In this document: piece by piece, positions 26,788 through 38,774 of the stretch | Layout: the number at the start of each line of letters is the position of its first letter | Position numbering within the stretch: position 1 is the first letter of the stretch | Assembly: GCA_039630445.1 (NCBI GenBank) | Contig: JBCNVA010000014.1 | Span: 1 to 48,215, forward strand | From: Armatimonadota bacterium | Lineage (GTDB): Bacteria; Armatimonadota; Fimbriimonadia; Fimbriimonadales; GBS-DC | Direction: 5' to 3' | Length of the DNA stretch: 48,215 bases | Notes under the pieces: generated by a model | The model's database searches: none | Told to the model about the DNA's origin: nothing | The model's input: the letters and a program-made list of their open reading frames with translations, nothing else | Translations under genes and position numbers: made by a program

Positions 26788-27975
26788 ATGAACACGAAAC
26801 GGGCAGGTATGCGAGGATTTCTGCTAACGGTGTTGGTACTAAGCGCAGGCTGGCTCTGTGCCGATACACCTAAGCTGCAAGCGCGTAGCGCCATCCTCAT
26901 CGAAGCCAGCACGGGGCAGGTGCTGTTCAGCAAGAACCCAGACCTGTCCCTGCCGCCTGCCAGCCTCACAAAGATAATGACCGCAATCCTCGTGCTGGAG
27001 CGGTGCGGGCTGGAGGAACAGGTCACGGCATCGAAACGCGCCGTCGATACAAAAGCCAGCACGATGCATCTGCAGGTGGGCGAGCGGGTATCCGTGCGTG
27101 ACCTGCTCTATGCACTGATGCTTCGCTCTGCCAATGATGCCGCGATTGCCCTCGCGGAGCATACCGCTGGCTCAGTAGAAAACTTTGTCCAACTGATGAA
27201 CGAGAAGGTGCGCGAGCTGGGCGCGACGCGCACACACTTTACCAATCCGCACGGCTTGCACGACCCGCGCCACCGCTCCACCGCACGCGATCTCGCTCTG
27301 ATAGCCCGCTACGCGATGGAGAATCCCCAATTTCGGGCAATAGTTAGCCAACGCGAGGTGGTCATTTCGCGCTCCATCAAGCTGGACGACACCCTAATGG
27401 TCAACAAGGCAAAGTTTCTGGCGCTGTATCCGTGGGCAGAGGGGATCAAAACGGGCTTCACGCGCCAAGCAGGTTTCTGCTTCGCCGGCGCCGCCAGCAA
27501 GGGGGGACGGCGGCTGATTACGGTTGTGCTGGACAGCTCCCAGCGCGAGCAGGACACAATCGCGCTGATGGAATACGGCTTCAACGAATGGCAACCCCTC
27601 GTGCTGGGGCAGGCAGGTCAACGGGTGGGCGCAGCGCCCGTCAAAAATGGGGTTCGGGATCGGGTGCCCGTGCAGTTGAAGCAATCCGCCATTTGGGTCG
27701 TGCCGCGCCGTGAGGCGCACCGCTATCGCTGGGTGCTGATGCCCACTGAGCTGCAAGCCCCTGTATCGAGGGAGATGCCCGCTGGCTGGGCAGTGCTGCA
27801 GCGCGAGGGACAACCCATTATCAAAGTGCCACTCCAAACAGCACAGGCGGTGGAGGCGCGTTCCCTCACCTATGCAGGCATCTTTTGGGGCGGCAGCCTT
27901 ACCTTGTTTGCCTATGCCCTCTATCGCTGGCGCAGGATAACTCGCCTGCCTGTCAAAAGAACACGGTGGAGGTGA
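26788..27975 (+). CDS. D-alanyl-D-alanine carboxypeptidase (peptidase S11)
   Basis: SxxK (ASLTK), SAN, NPHGL, KTG; signal peptide and C-terminal TM anchor. Confidence 0.93.
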   Translation: MNTKRAGMRGFLLTVLVLSAGWLCADTPKLQARSAILIEASTGQVLFSKNPDLSLPPASLTKIMTAILVLERCGLEEQVTASKRAVDTKASTMHLQVGERVSVRDLLYALMLRSANDAAIALAEHTAGSVENFVQLMNEKVRELGATRTHFTNPHGLHDPRHRSTARDLALIARYAMENPQFRAIVSQREVVISRSIKLDDTLMVNKAKFLALYPWAEGIKTGFTRQAGFCFAGAASKGGRRLITVVLDSSQREQDTIALMEYGFNEWQPLVLGQAGQRVGAAPVKNGVRDRVPVQLKQSAIWVVPRREAHRYRWVLMPTELQAPVSREMPAGWAVLQREGQPIIKVPLQTAQAVEARSLTYAGIFWGGSLTLFAYALYRWRRITRLPVKRTRWR

Positions 27976-27982
27976 CGACCGT

Positions 27983-28600
27983 ATGCAAAGGTCAGCAGGA
28001 CGCGCGTTAGGCATTATTCTTGTGCTTGTGCTGCTGATAGGCGCGGGCGTGCTGGGATGGTACTTCCTGATTTACACCAAATCGCCCAGCTACGCACTGA
28101 ACCAATTTTTCGCAGCAGCGAAGGCAAATGATACCGAGCGAGTCGCCAAACTCACCGATGCCTCGGGGTCGCTCATGATGCTGTTTATGCAGGCGATTGG
28201 CGACCCTGTGACGCTCATCTATCCGGGCTATGGGCGTCAGGATGTGGGCAAGGTGGCGAAGCTGGAGATTGGCACGATGACTGTGGAAGGCGACACGGCG
28301 CGGGCGCCCGTGACGATGGAGGTGGTCACACCCCAGGGCAATCGGTACACGATTCGTCCGACCTATGTGCTGCGCAAGACCGATGAGGGCTGGAAGGTAG
28401 CCGTGGAAGCCACTTTTGCTGGCTCCTTCAACGAGTTCGTGCCCCCCGCAGTGCAACAAATGGTGTTGCGACAGATCCGCGGCATGCTCAGCAACCCTGG
28501 GATAGCCCAGATGGCACGCATGCAGCTGCAAGGGCTAAGAGCAGAGATTGAGAAATATCCCCAGCTGCGCGATTTCCTCCGACGAGCAGGTCTTTACTAA
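27983..28600 (+). CDS. Membrane-anchored hypothetical protein (DUF4878/NTF2-like)
   Basis: N-terminal TM, SP...L..FF.A....D, GDTA...V, L.K.DEGWKV. Confidence 0.7.
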   Translation: MQRSAGRALGIILVLVLLIGAGVLGWYFLIYTKSPSYALNQFFAAAKANDTERVAKLTDASGSLMMLFMQAIGDPVTLIYPGYGRQDVGKVAKLEIGTMTVEGDTARAPVTMEVVTPQGNRYTIRPTYVLRKTDEGWKVAVEATFAGSFNEFVPPAVQQMVLRQIRGMLSNPGIAQMARMQLQGLRAEIEKYPQLRDFLRRAGLY

Positions 28601-29887
28601 ATGGCGACGCGCGAAAAGGAGCAGAGCGTCCGCTGGTACAGCGGGCTGACGCCCTATCACTGGCTGGTGCTGGCAGTGGCGGCTGCTGGCTGGATGTTCG
28701 ACACGATGGACCAGTGGCTCTATGTGCTGGCGCGTCAGCCGGCGGTGGCGGACTTGCTGAACAAGAGCGCGAACGACCCCGAGGTCGCCCACTATTCGGG
28801 CATCGTGCAGACATGGTTCATTATCGGCTGGGCGACAGGCGGTTTCCTTTTTGGCGTTATTGGTGACCGGCTGGGGCGGACGCGCACGATGGCAATCACC
28901 ATTTTGATGTACGCGGGCTTCACGGGGCTGAGCGCGTTCGCGCAGACCTGGCAGCAGCTGGCGCTGCTACGCTTCCTAACAGGTTTGGGGATTGGGGGTG
29001 AGTTTGCCGCAGGTGCCGCGCTGGTGGCGGAGACCTTTCCACCGCATGCCCGCCCTACCGCGCTGGGCATCATGCAGGCATGCTCGGCGATTGGCAACCT
29101 GATGGCAGCCATTATCTACCGCCTGGTGGCGCCTGAATGGGGTTGGCGCTGGGTGTTCGCGATTGGCTTTTTCCCGGCGATCCTGGTGTTTGTGATTCGG
29201 CTCTTTGTGCGCGAGCCGGAGCGTTGGGAGCATGCGCGCTCACTGGGTCAGCCACTGGGATCGCTTCGTGAGCTGTTTGGCGTTCCGCTGTGGCGCAAGC
29301 ACACCTTGATTGGGGTTGGACTGGCGGCGGTGGGTGTCGTGGGCTTCTGGGGGATCGGCACATGGTCGCCCGATCTGCTGGCGCGCGCGATTAATCCGAC
29401 GGGTGACCCTGCACTGCGCCCACTGGTAGATGAGCGCAAATCGTATGCCGTGATGGCGCAGCAGGTAGGGGCTTTCTTTGGGATGCTGGGCTGGGCGATT
29501 TTAGCACAGCGTATCGGCAGGCGTCCCACCTTCGCCCTGACCTTCCTTGTCTGTCTGATCATTGTGCCCGCTACCTTTTTCCTGACCACCTCGTTTGAGC
29601 GGGCGATGTGGCTTTATCCCTTGTTGGGCTTTTTCACCACCTCGCTCTTTGCGGGCTATGCCGTTTATTTCCCTGAACTGTTCCCGACGCGCCTACGGGC
29701 GACAGGCGTGGGCTTTTGCTATAATGTGGCGCGCTATCTGGCAGCCGCAGCGCCGTTCACCTTCGGTTGGCTCACCGCGCACTACAGCATCGAGTGGGCA
29801 GCCACGCTGCTTTCAGGCGTCTTTCTGCTGGGACTGCTCCTTTTGCTAATTGCCCCTGAAACGAAAGATAAGCCCCTACCAGCATAA
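28601..29887 (+). CDS. MFS transporter
   Basis: GWMFDTMD, G.IGDRLGR, RFLTGLGIGGEFAAGAALVAE, PELFPTRLRATG. Confidence 0.92.
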   Translation: MATREKEQSVRWYSGLTPYHWLVLAVAAAGWMFDTMDQWLYVLARQPAVADLLNKSANDPEVAHYSGIVQTWFIIGWATGGFLFGVIGDRLGRTRTMAITILMYAGFTGLSAFAQTWQQLALLRFLTGLGIGGEFAAGAALVAETFPPHARPTALGIMQACSAIGNLMAAIIYRLVAPEWGWRWVFAIGFFPAILVFVIRLFVREPERWEHARSLGQPLGSLRELFGVPLWRKHTLIGVGLAAVGVVGFWGIGTWSPDLLARAINPTGDPALRPLVDERKSYAVMAQQVGAFFGMLGWAILAQRIGRRPTFALTFLVCLIIVPATFFLTTSFERAMWLYPLLGFFTTSLFAGYAVYFPELFPTRLRATGVGFCYNVARYLAAAAPFTFGWLTAHYSIEWAATLLSGVFLLGLLLLLIAPETKDKPLPA

Positions 29888-29943
29888 GCCTTTTTGTCCC
29901 TCTTATTGGGTATACTCCTTGCAGGTTGCAGCCGGCGGGCACA

Positions 29944-29978
29944 AGGGTGGGATCATTATGACGCCCACTCTTTTGTTT
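29944..29978 (+). terminator. Leader terminator/attenuator upstream of nusA (rimP-leader-like)
   Basis: AGGGTGGG-N12-CCCACTCTTTTGTTT between a GG-TATACT -10 box (29911) and the nusA start. Confidence 0.6.
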
Positions 29979-30010
29979 AAACAACCGGTTGCGCCTAAGG
30001 GGGTACAAGC

Positions 30011-31126
30011 ATGCACTGTGAAGAGATTATTGACGCGCTGAAGCAGTTGGAACGGGAGCGTCATATCCCGTTCGATGAGCTGATGGCGACCCTGGAGGGG
30101 GCATTTGCGAATGCCTATCGGCGCCAGATGCATTTGCCCCATAGTGCGCGTGTGAAGGCGCGTTTTAACCCGAACTACCCCCACTGCTTCCGTGTCACGG
30201 CAGAAAAAGAGGTGGTGGGGCTGGTAACTGACGAGTACACCCAGATCAGCCTGGAAGATGCCAAGCAGATAAAGCCTGATGTTGAGGTGGGCGAGATTGT
30301 CGAAGTGGAGATGCCCGTTGAGGAGTTTGGGCGTGTCGCGGTGCAGAATGCGTTGCAAGTCCTGGTTCAACGCCTGCGTGAGCTGGAGCGCGAGCACACG
30401 GTGAAGGAGCTGCTGGAGCGCAAAAAGGAAGTTATCCCCGCGCGTGTGGAGCGGTTTATCGGCACGAAGGTGTTGCTCTCTTACGGGCGGCTGGAGGTGG
30501 TGCTGCCGGAGAGGCATCAAAGCCCGCGGGATGTGTACGAGATTGGCGATATCGTCAAGGTCTATGTGCTGGAGGTGAAAACACCGCCTGCGGAGCCAGG
30601 GCGTGAACCCCGCCTGCGTGATGTGCGGGTGATTGCCTCGCGCACGGAACCGATGCTGGTTGCTCGCTTGCTGGAGCAGGAGGTGCCCGAGATTGCCAGC
30701 GGTGATGTGGAGATTAAAGCCATCGCCCGCGAGCCGGGCGAACGCACCAAGATCGCTGTGGCAGCGCGCAACCCCTTGATCGATGCCGTCGGTGCCTGTC
30801 TGGGATCGCGTGGCATGCGCATCCAAGCCATCAGCAACGAGCTGTCCAACGAACCGATCGATGTGGTCAAGTGGAGCAACGATCCAGAGCAGTTCATTCG
30901 CGAGGCACTTAGCCCCGCCCGCGTGAACCGTGTCCTTCTCGATCCCGAAAAGCGCTCCGCGCTGGTCGTCGTGCCCAACCATCAGATGCGTCAGGCGGTG
31001 GGCAAAGGGGGCGTGAATGTGCGCCTGGCGGAGGAGCTGACGGGCTGGAAGCTCGATGTGCGCTCGGAGAGCGAGATTGCTCGCGGCGAGGTGGGCGGTG
31101 GCATCCCCTCGGCACGACGCCCATGA
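30011..31126 (+). CDS. nusA: Transcription termination/antitermination factor NusA
   Basis: NTD, S1 and two KH domains: FGR.A.Q, AREPG.R.KIAV, DAVGAC.G.RG.R, E.IDVV.W, A.GKGG.NVRLA..LTGWK.D. Confidence 0.92.
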   Translation: MHCEEIIDALKQLERERHIPFDELMATLEGAFANAYRRQMHLPHSARVKARFNPNYPHCFRVTAEKEVVGLVTDEYTQISLEDAKQIKPDVEVGEIVEVEMPVEEFGRVAVQNALQVLVQRLRELEREHTVKELLERKKEVIPARVERFIGTKVLLSYGRLEVVLPERHQSPRDVYEIGDIVKVYVLEVKTPPAEPGREPRLRDVRVIASRTEPMLVARLLEQEVPEIASGDVEIKAIAREPGERTKIAVAARNPLIDAVGACLGSRGMRIQAISNELSNEPIDVVKWSNDPEQFIREALSPARVNRVLLDPEKRSALVVVPNHQMRQAVGKGGVNVRLAEELTGWKLDVRSESEIARGEVGGGIPSARRP

Positions 31127-31464
31127 AACACACTCCCATTCGGCGGTGCGCCAGCTGCCGGCGCACCGCCCCTAAATCGGCGCTGATTCGGTTCGCGCGG
31201 CAAAAAGACCCCGAAACGGGTGCGTGGCAAGTACAGCTTGACCCCCATCAGAAGCTGCCCGGTCGGGGTGCCTACCTCTGCCCCCAAGTTGCCTGTGTAC
31301 AGCACGCCCTCAAAAAACAGGCACTCGCGAAGGTGCTGCACGCCCCTGTGCCCCGCGAACTGCTGGAGCAGGTGCTAACATCTATTAGCGTTTCAAACAT
31401 CGTCAATCCTCAATCAGATAACCGCACAGTCCATCGGGTTAATCCTGGTCATTCTCGGTTGTGA
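31123..31464 (+). CDS. ylxR: YlxR/DUF448 family RNA-binding protein
   Basis: P.R.C..CR....K..LIR, D...K.PGRGAYLC....C. Confidence 0.88.
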   Translation: MKHTPIRRCASCRRTAPKSALIRFARQKDPETGAWQVQLDPHQKLPGRGAYLCPQVACVQHALKKQALAKVLHAPVPRELLEQVLTSISVSNIVNPQSDNRTVHRVNPGHSRL

Positions 31465-33049
31465 TTGCTTCGGGTGCCACCTCGTGCCCGTCGAAGGTGC
31501 GCTTGATGGCTTCGACGAGCGCCTCTCCTTCCAGGGTGGGCTGGGCGACAGGGGGTGGAGGTGCAGGCGGCGGCTCGCTGTTGGGCAGCACCTCCAGAAT
31601 GACCTCCGCTTGGGGCAGGTTGAGCTGCTTGCGCACCATCTCCACCAGCTTCTCTTCGCGCTGCGCCGAGTCACGGAAGTAGGCGCGTGCCATCTCGCTG
31701 CGCAGGTAGAGATAGATCGTGTCGCCTTCGAGATGTACGCGCGAGCCATCCAGATTGCGTCCTCCAACCGGGCTTTTCTCTTTGAGCTTTGCCACGAAGG
31801 CACGCCAGCGTCGGTTGAGTTCCTCGTCCCTTTCATCGGTAGCGGCTTCCTCCGTGCGAGCAGGGGGCAATCGGCTCTCTTCTGCAAGGTGAGCAACGGG
31901 TTCAGGCGGTGGGCTAACAGCGACCTCCTCCGTGCGAGCAAGAGGCGGCGACACGGGGCTTGCAAGCTCGCCTGCGAAGGTCAAGAGGGTTAGTTCTAAG
32001 ATGGTGCGGGGAGAGCCGGCGATGCGCATCTCACCTATCGCCTCTACCATGCGCTCCCACCAATGCAACAGGCGCGGTAGAGTGGCGCGTACCGCCTGCT
32101 CGCGCATCGCGCTCCACAGGGTAGGGTCATACACCTGCTGACGATCCACTCCATGCAGCAGCGCCTGCACCAGCATGCGCCAGTGCTGGATGAGTGATTC
32201 CGCCAGCACACGCGGCTCGCGCCCCAGCAGCAACTGCTCCTCCAGCACGCTTAGTACCGTCGCCGCATCCCCTGCAATCAGCGCGTCGGTCAGGCGCATC
32301 AGCGTCTCATCCTCTATTGCGCCAAGCGCTTGATAGACCGTTTCGGGCGTGATGACTCCCTCGCTGAAAGCGATCACCTGCTCCAGAGCGGTCAGCGCGT
32401 CGCGCCATGAGCCGTCCGCTATTCGCGCAATGATATGCAACGCAGCAGGCTCTGCCCTTAGCCCCTCTGCCTGCACCACAAATCGCAGCCGCTCCGCAAT
32501 CTCGGCAATCGTGCCCCGATGGAAATCGAACCGCTGACAGCGCGAGCGGATAGTGGGCGGCACGCGCTGGAACTCGGTCGTGGCAAGGATGAAAATCACA
32601 TGCGCAGGCGGCTCTTCCAGCGTCTTCAGCAGCGCGTCGAAAGCCTTCGCGGAGAGGTCATGCACCTCATCGATAATGTAGACTTTGAACCGCGCCTCCA
32701 TCGGGGGATATTTGGCGTTTTCGATGATGGTGGTGCGCACATCCTCGATGCTCGTCTCGGAGGCGGCGTCCATCTCGATCACATCGACGCAGGTGCCCTC
32801 CTGGATCGCGCGGCAGAATCGGCACTGCTTGCACGGGTTCGGTGTAGGACCCTGCTCGCAGTTGAGCGCTTTGGCTAAGAGGCGTGCCGTGGAGGTTTTG
32901 CCCGTTCCCCGCGGACCGCAGAACAGATAGGCATGCGTCCACTTGCCCTGCTGAATGGCATTACGCAGGATCGTGGTGATGTGAGCCTGCCCCATCAGCT
33001 CGTCGAAGTCTTGCGCCCGATATTTGCGATAGAGGCTGATGTATGCCAT
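31439..33049 (-). CDS. dnaX: DNA polymerase III subunit gamma/tau
   Basis: LYRKYR...F, HAYLF.GPRGTGKTS, Zn-binding Cys cluster, EMDAAS, IIDEVH, LLKTLEEPP, SRCQ. Confidence 0.96.
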   Translation of the reverse strand: MAYISLYRKYRAQDFDELMGQAHITTILRNAIQQGKWTHAYLFCGPRGTGKTSTARLLAKALNCEQGPTPNPCKQCRFCRAIQEGTCVDVIEMDAASETSIEDVRTTIIENAKYPPMEARFKVYIIDEVHDLSAKAFDALLKTLEEPPAHVIFILATTEFQRVPPTIRSRCQRFDFHRGTIAEIAERLRFVVQAEGLRAEPAALHIIARIADGSWRDALTALEQVIAFSEGVITPETVYQALGAIEDETLMRLTDALIAGDAATVLSVLEEQLLLGREPRVLAESLIQHWRMLVQALLHGVDRQQVYDPTLWSAMREQAVRATLPRLLHWWERMVEAIGEMRIAGSPRTILELTLLTFAGELASPVSPPLARTEEVAVSPPPEPVAHLAEESRLPPARTEEAATDERDEELNRRWRAFVAKLKEKSPVGGRNLDGSRVHLEGDTIYLYLRSEMARAYFRDSAQREEKLVEMVRKQLNLPQAEVILEVLPNSEPPPAPPPPVAQPTLEGEALVEAIKRTFDGHEVAPEAITTENDQD

Positions 33050-33076
33050 CGGTTCGTCGCCACCACCTGGCAGATT

Positions 33077-33979
33077 TTACCCCGCAGGCGGTTGGCATGA
33101 GAAAATCTCACCGTCGCGACAGAAGAAGGCTTCAAAGCGGTGGGGTTGCGTGGCGGCGCAGCCGAAGTCGCCGTCGGCACGAATGGCGATTACCGCCGCT
33201 TGATGCTGTGCCACTTCAGGCAGGCGGCGAAGTATCGATTGCACTACCTGTTCACAGGCGTGCTGGGCGGAGATGCCCTCGCGCATCCGTTCTACCACGC
33301 GCGCGCAGAGCGCGAACCGCCAGATTTCCTCGCCCCGCCCCGTGGCGACGGCAGCACCTGCCTCGTTGTCGGCATACAGCCCTGCGCCCACGATAGGCGA
33401 ATCGCCTACGCGCCCTGGCATCTTCCATGCCAGCCCGCTGGTGGTGCACGCGGCAACTAAGTGCCCCTCATGCCAGCCCAGCACACCCACGGTGTCGTGC
33501 GACTCCTCGCTCGCTGCGCGCTCCTGGGAAACATCTTTCGGGGCATGCTGCTGTTGATACCACTCGTGCCAGCGTCGCACCGACTCTTCTGTAAGCAGCA
33601 AGCACGGCTGGAAGCCCTCCTGCAGGGCGAACCACTCGGCGCCCTCGCCTGCCAGCATTATGTGGGGCGTCTTCTGCATCACGCGCAGCGCGAGCTGCAC
33701 GGCGGGCACGAACCGTCGCACGCCAGCCACGGCACCTGCTTGCAACCGCGCCCCCTCCATCACCGCCGCATCCAGCTCCACCTCACCCAGCTGATTCGGC
33801 AAGCCACCCAGCCCCACTGAAAGCACCTGAGGGTCTAACTCCACTGCTGACGCGCCCGCAACAACAGCCTGCAACAGGCGCTCTTCAGGCGCAAGCGCCT
33901 GCTCCTGCTGATACACACGCCATGCCTCTTCCACTGCCAGTCGCCCAAACCACCATGTGGCTGCAAACAGGGTTTTCAT
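33077..33979 (-). CDS. Ntn-hydrolase, N(4)-(beta-N-acetylglucosaminyl)-L-asparaginase / isoaspartyl peptidase family
   Basis: SVG.GG.P, ELDAAVM.G, HDTVG autocleavage Thr, TSGL..K.PGRVGDSPI.GAG.YAD, TG.GE. Confidence 0.9.
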   Translation of the reverse strand: MKTLFAATWWFGRLAVEEAWRVYQQEQALAPEERLLQAVVAGASAVELDPQVLSVGLGGLPNQLGEVELDAAVMEGARLQAGAVAGVRRFVPAVQLALRVMQKTPHIMLAGEGAEWFALQEGFQPCLLLTEESVRRWHEWYQQQHAPKDVSQERAASEESHDTVGVLGWHEGHLVAACTTSGLAWKMPGRVGDSPIVGAGLYADNEAGAAVATGRGEEIWRFALCARVVERMREGISAQHACEQVVQSILRRLPEVAQHQAAVIAIRADGDFGCAATQPHRFEAFFCRDGEIFSCQPPAG

Positions 33980-34062
33980 AGTGCAGTGGCTATTCGGCTC
34001 AACGCACCCATTTCCTGTGTATTCGGAGGGCACTGTGCAGCAAGTGCTAACGCCGTTAGAAG

Positions 34063-34698
34063 CTACGGGGCGAGACGCTCAATTTTCCAGGAGCCGTCGT
34101 GCTGGCGCGTGTAGCGCAGGCGATCGTGCAGGCGATTGCGCCGCCCCTGCCAGAATTCGAAAGTGTGGGGCACGATGCGATAGCCTGTCCAGTAGGGTGG
34201 GCGTGGCACATCTTGCCCTTCGAATTCGCGCTCCAGCTCTGCCATGCGCGCTTCCAGCACCTGTCGACTGGGGATGACTTGGCTTTGGGGCGATGCCCAC
34301 GCGGCTAGCTGGTGCCCGCGCGGGCGCGTTGCGAAGTAGGCGTCCGCCTCGGTGTCGCTAACTTGCTCTACTGTGCCTTGCACACGCACCTGCCGCTCCA
34401 GCTCGCCCCACCAGAATACAACAGCTGCGTGCGGGTTCGCCCGAAGTTGCTGCGCTTTGGGGCTGTTGCCATTCGTGTAGAATACCAGCCCGCGCTCGTC
34501 TATTCGGCGCAGCAACACGAACCGTGCATCGGGACGCCCTTGCTCGTCTGCCGTCGCTACACACATGGCATACGGCTCTATCAATCCCGCTTCGATGGCC
34601 TCCTGCAGCCAGCGCTGCAGCTGGCGAATCGGGTCGGGATCCACTTCACCCTCCAGCAACGAACGCTGACCATAGTCTCGGCGTAGATTCAGTTCCAC
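34063..34698 (-). CDS. pdxH: Pyridoxine/pyridoxamine 5'-phosphate oxidase
   Basis: LRRDY, EP.AM..AT, R.VLL, FYTN..S.K, RQVRV.G, YF..RP, ASPQS, EFWQG..NRLHDR, RLAP. Confidence 0.95.
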   Translation of the reverse strand: MELNLRRDYGQRSLLEGEVDPDPIRQLQRWLQEAIEAGLIEPYAMCVATADEQGRPDARFVLLRRIDERGLVFYTNGNSPKAQQLRANPHAAVVFWWGELERQVRVQGTVEQVSDTEADAYFATRPRGHQLAAWASPQSQVIPSRQVLEARMAELEREFEGQDVPRPPYWTGYRIVPHTFEFWQGRRNRLHDRLRYTRQHDGSWKIERLAP

Positions 34699-34727
34699 TG
34701 CGAACCTCCGTCAGCGCTGCAGAGGCT

Positions 34728-35144
34728 TTATTCCCCGATAATCTGCACATGCACCGTGCGGGTGCGTGGACGCGTGTCGAAGTCAACCAGCACAATCTGC
34801 TGCCAGGTGCCAATCACCAGCTGCCCATTCACGAACGGTACTGTAAGGGAAGGACCCAAGATCGAAGCGCGGATGTGCGAGTGCCCATTATCGTCTTTCC
34901 AGCGTGCCTCGTGGGCATAGAACTCGTCGCGCGGCGCGATGCGCTCCATCACCCGCGCCATATCCTGCTGCAAGCCTGGCTCGTACTCAATCGTCGTCAC
35001 AGCTGCCGTGGAGCCGACCACGAACACCGTCGCGATGCCGTTGAGCAAGCCGCTCTGCAACAGCGCCTGCTCGACCTGCCCCGTGATGTCGAGCATGTCA
35101 TCGTTGCCCTGCGTCTGCACCGAGAACTTTGCCGAATAGACCAT
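34728..35144 (-). CDS. yjbQ: YjbQ / UPF0047 family protein
   Basis: DITGQV, GSTAAVTTIEYEPG, Y.H......NGHSHIRAS, GTWQQI...DFD. Confidence 0.9.
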   Translation of the reverse strand: MVYSAKFSVQTQGNDDMLDITGQVEQALLQSGLLNGIATVFVVGSTAAVTTIEYEPGLQQDMARVMERIAPRDEFYAHEARWKDDNGHSHIRASILGPSLTVPFVNGQLVIGTWQQIVLVDFDTRPRTRTVHVQIIGE

Positions 35145-35242
35145 CCCTAAACCGCCCCCTTCTGGAATTGGTAAATTATACCCATAAACGCCTTTCTGCC
35201 TCTGTCGATGATGCATGGCGGTGTAGGGTATACTCTCCAACG

Positions 35243-37812
<2,570 letters not shown>

Positions 37813-37840
37813 AAAACGGCACAAAGTACCCCCTATCCCC

Positions 37841-37870
37841 TTGACAACAGCGTCATCGATGGGGTATAGT
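37841..37870 (+). promoter_or_regulatory. Sigma70-type promoter of the act-cox operon
   Basis: TTGACA-N18-TATAGT. Confidence 0.75.
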
Positions 37871-37938
37871 TTATGCAAGCGTATAGCGGGCGGTCTGCAA
37901 GCGACTTGCTTACAGAGAAGATGCTTAGCATGGCTAAC

Positions 37939-37958
37939 TTTGTGATGGAAATCACAAA
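37939..37958. promoter_or_regulatory. Palindromic operator, Rex- or CRP/FNR-like
   Basis: TTTGTGAT-GGAA-ATCACAAA with perfect 8-bp arms. Confidence 0.7.
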
Positions 37959-38011
37959 CTCGCCGTCGGATGCATATGCCGACGATGAGTTGATAGTGTG
38001 GTGAGGTCAAA

Positions 38012-38737
38012 ATGACGGCACAGGTCTTTAAGCGCTACCATAATACGGTTGCGCGTGCGACAATAGGTGGCGGATTGCTGGCACTGATTGCGCTGATATT
38101 AGGTGGCTCCAGCTTTACCCGCTCCTCGTGGTGGACGCACGCGGGGCAACCCCCTGATCAGCCCATCCCCTTTAGCCACAAGCACCACTACGAGGAACTC
38201 GGCATCGACTGCCGCTACTGCCACTGGTCTGTGACCGAATCGGCGCATGCGGGCATCCCCAGCGCGGAAGTCTGCATGACTTGCCACTCGCAGATATGGA
38301 CAAATAGCCCCCTCCTTCAACCCGTTCGCGACAGTTACCAGCAAGACAAGCCCATCGTGTGGAACAAGGTGAATGACCTGCCTGAGTTCGTCTACTTTGA
38401 CCACAGCATCCATGTGAACAAGGGCATCGGCTGCAACGAGTGCCATGCAGGCATCGAGAAGATGCATCTCACTGCCAAGTCCCAGCACTTCTCCATGTGG
38501 TGGTGCCTGAATTGCCACCGCAACCCCGAAAAATACATTCGCCCCAAAGGGGAAGTGTTCAATATGTACTACAAAGTGCCGCGCACCGAAGAGGAGATGC
38601 GGGCGCTGCTGGAGAAGCACGGCATCAAATGGGAGGGGCGATTGCCACGCAATCAGGAGGAGCTGGGGGCACTGCTGGTCAAGCAGTACAACATCCACAA
38701 GGAGCAGCTGAGTGACTGCTCCGTCTGCCATCGATGA
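38012..38737 (+). CDS. actA: Alternative complex III pentaheme cytochrome c
   Basis: N-terminal TM, QPIPFSH.HH, five CxxCH motifs (CRYCH, CMTCH, CNECH, CLNCH, CSVCH). Confidence 0.93.
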   Translation: MTAQVFKRYHNTVARATIGGGLLALIALILGGSSFTRSSWWTHAGQPPDQPIPFSHKHHYEELGIDCRYCHWSVTESAHAGIPSAEVCMTCHSQIWTNSPLLQPVRDSYQQDKPIVWNKVNDLPEFVYFDHSIHVNKGIGCNECHAGIEKMHLTAKSQHFSMWWCLNCHRNPEKYIRPKGEVFNMYYKVPRTEEEMRALLEKHGIKWEGRLPRNQEELGALLVKQYNIHKEQLSDCSVCHR

Positions 38738-38774
38738 TAATCCGATCCTGTTCGCAACAGCAAGCGATACGGCG

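Noticed and set aside
31439-33049. Programmed frameshift site in dnaX
   Set aside because: No AAAAAAG slippery heptamer or long A run was noticed in the coding strand.
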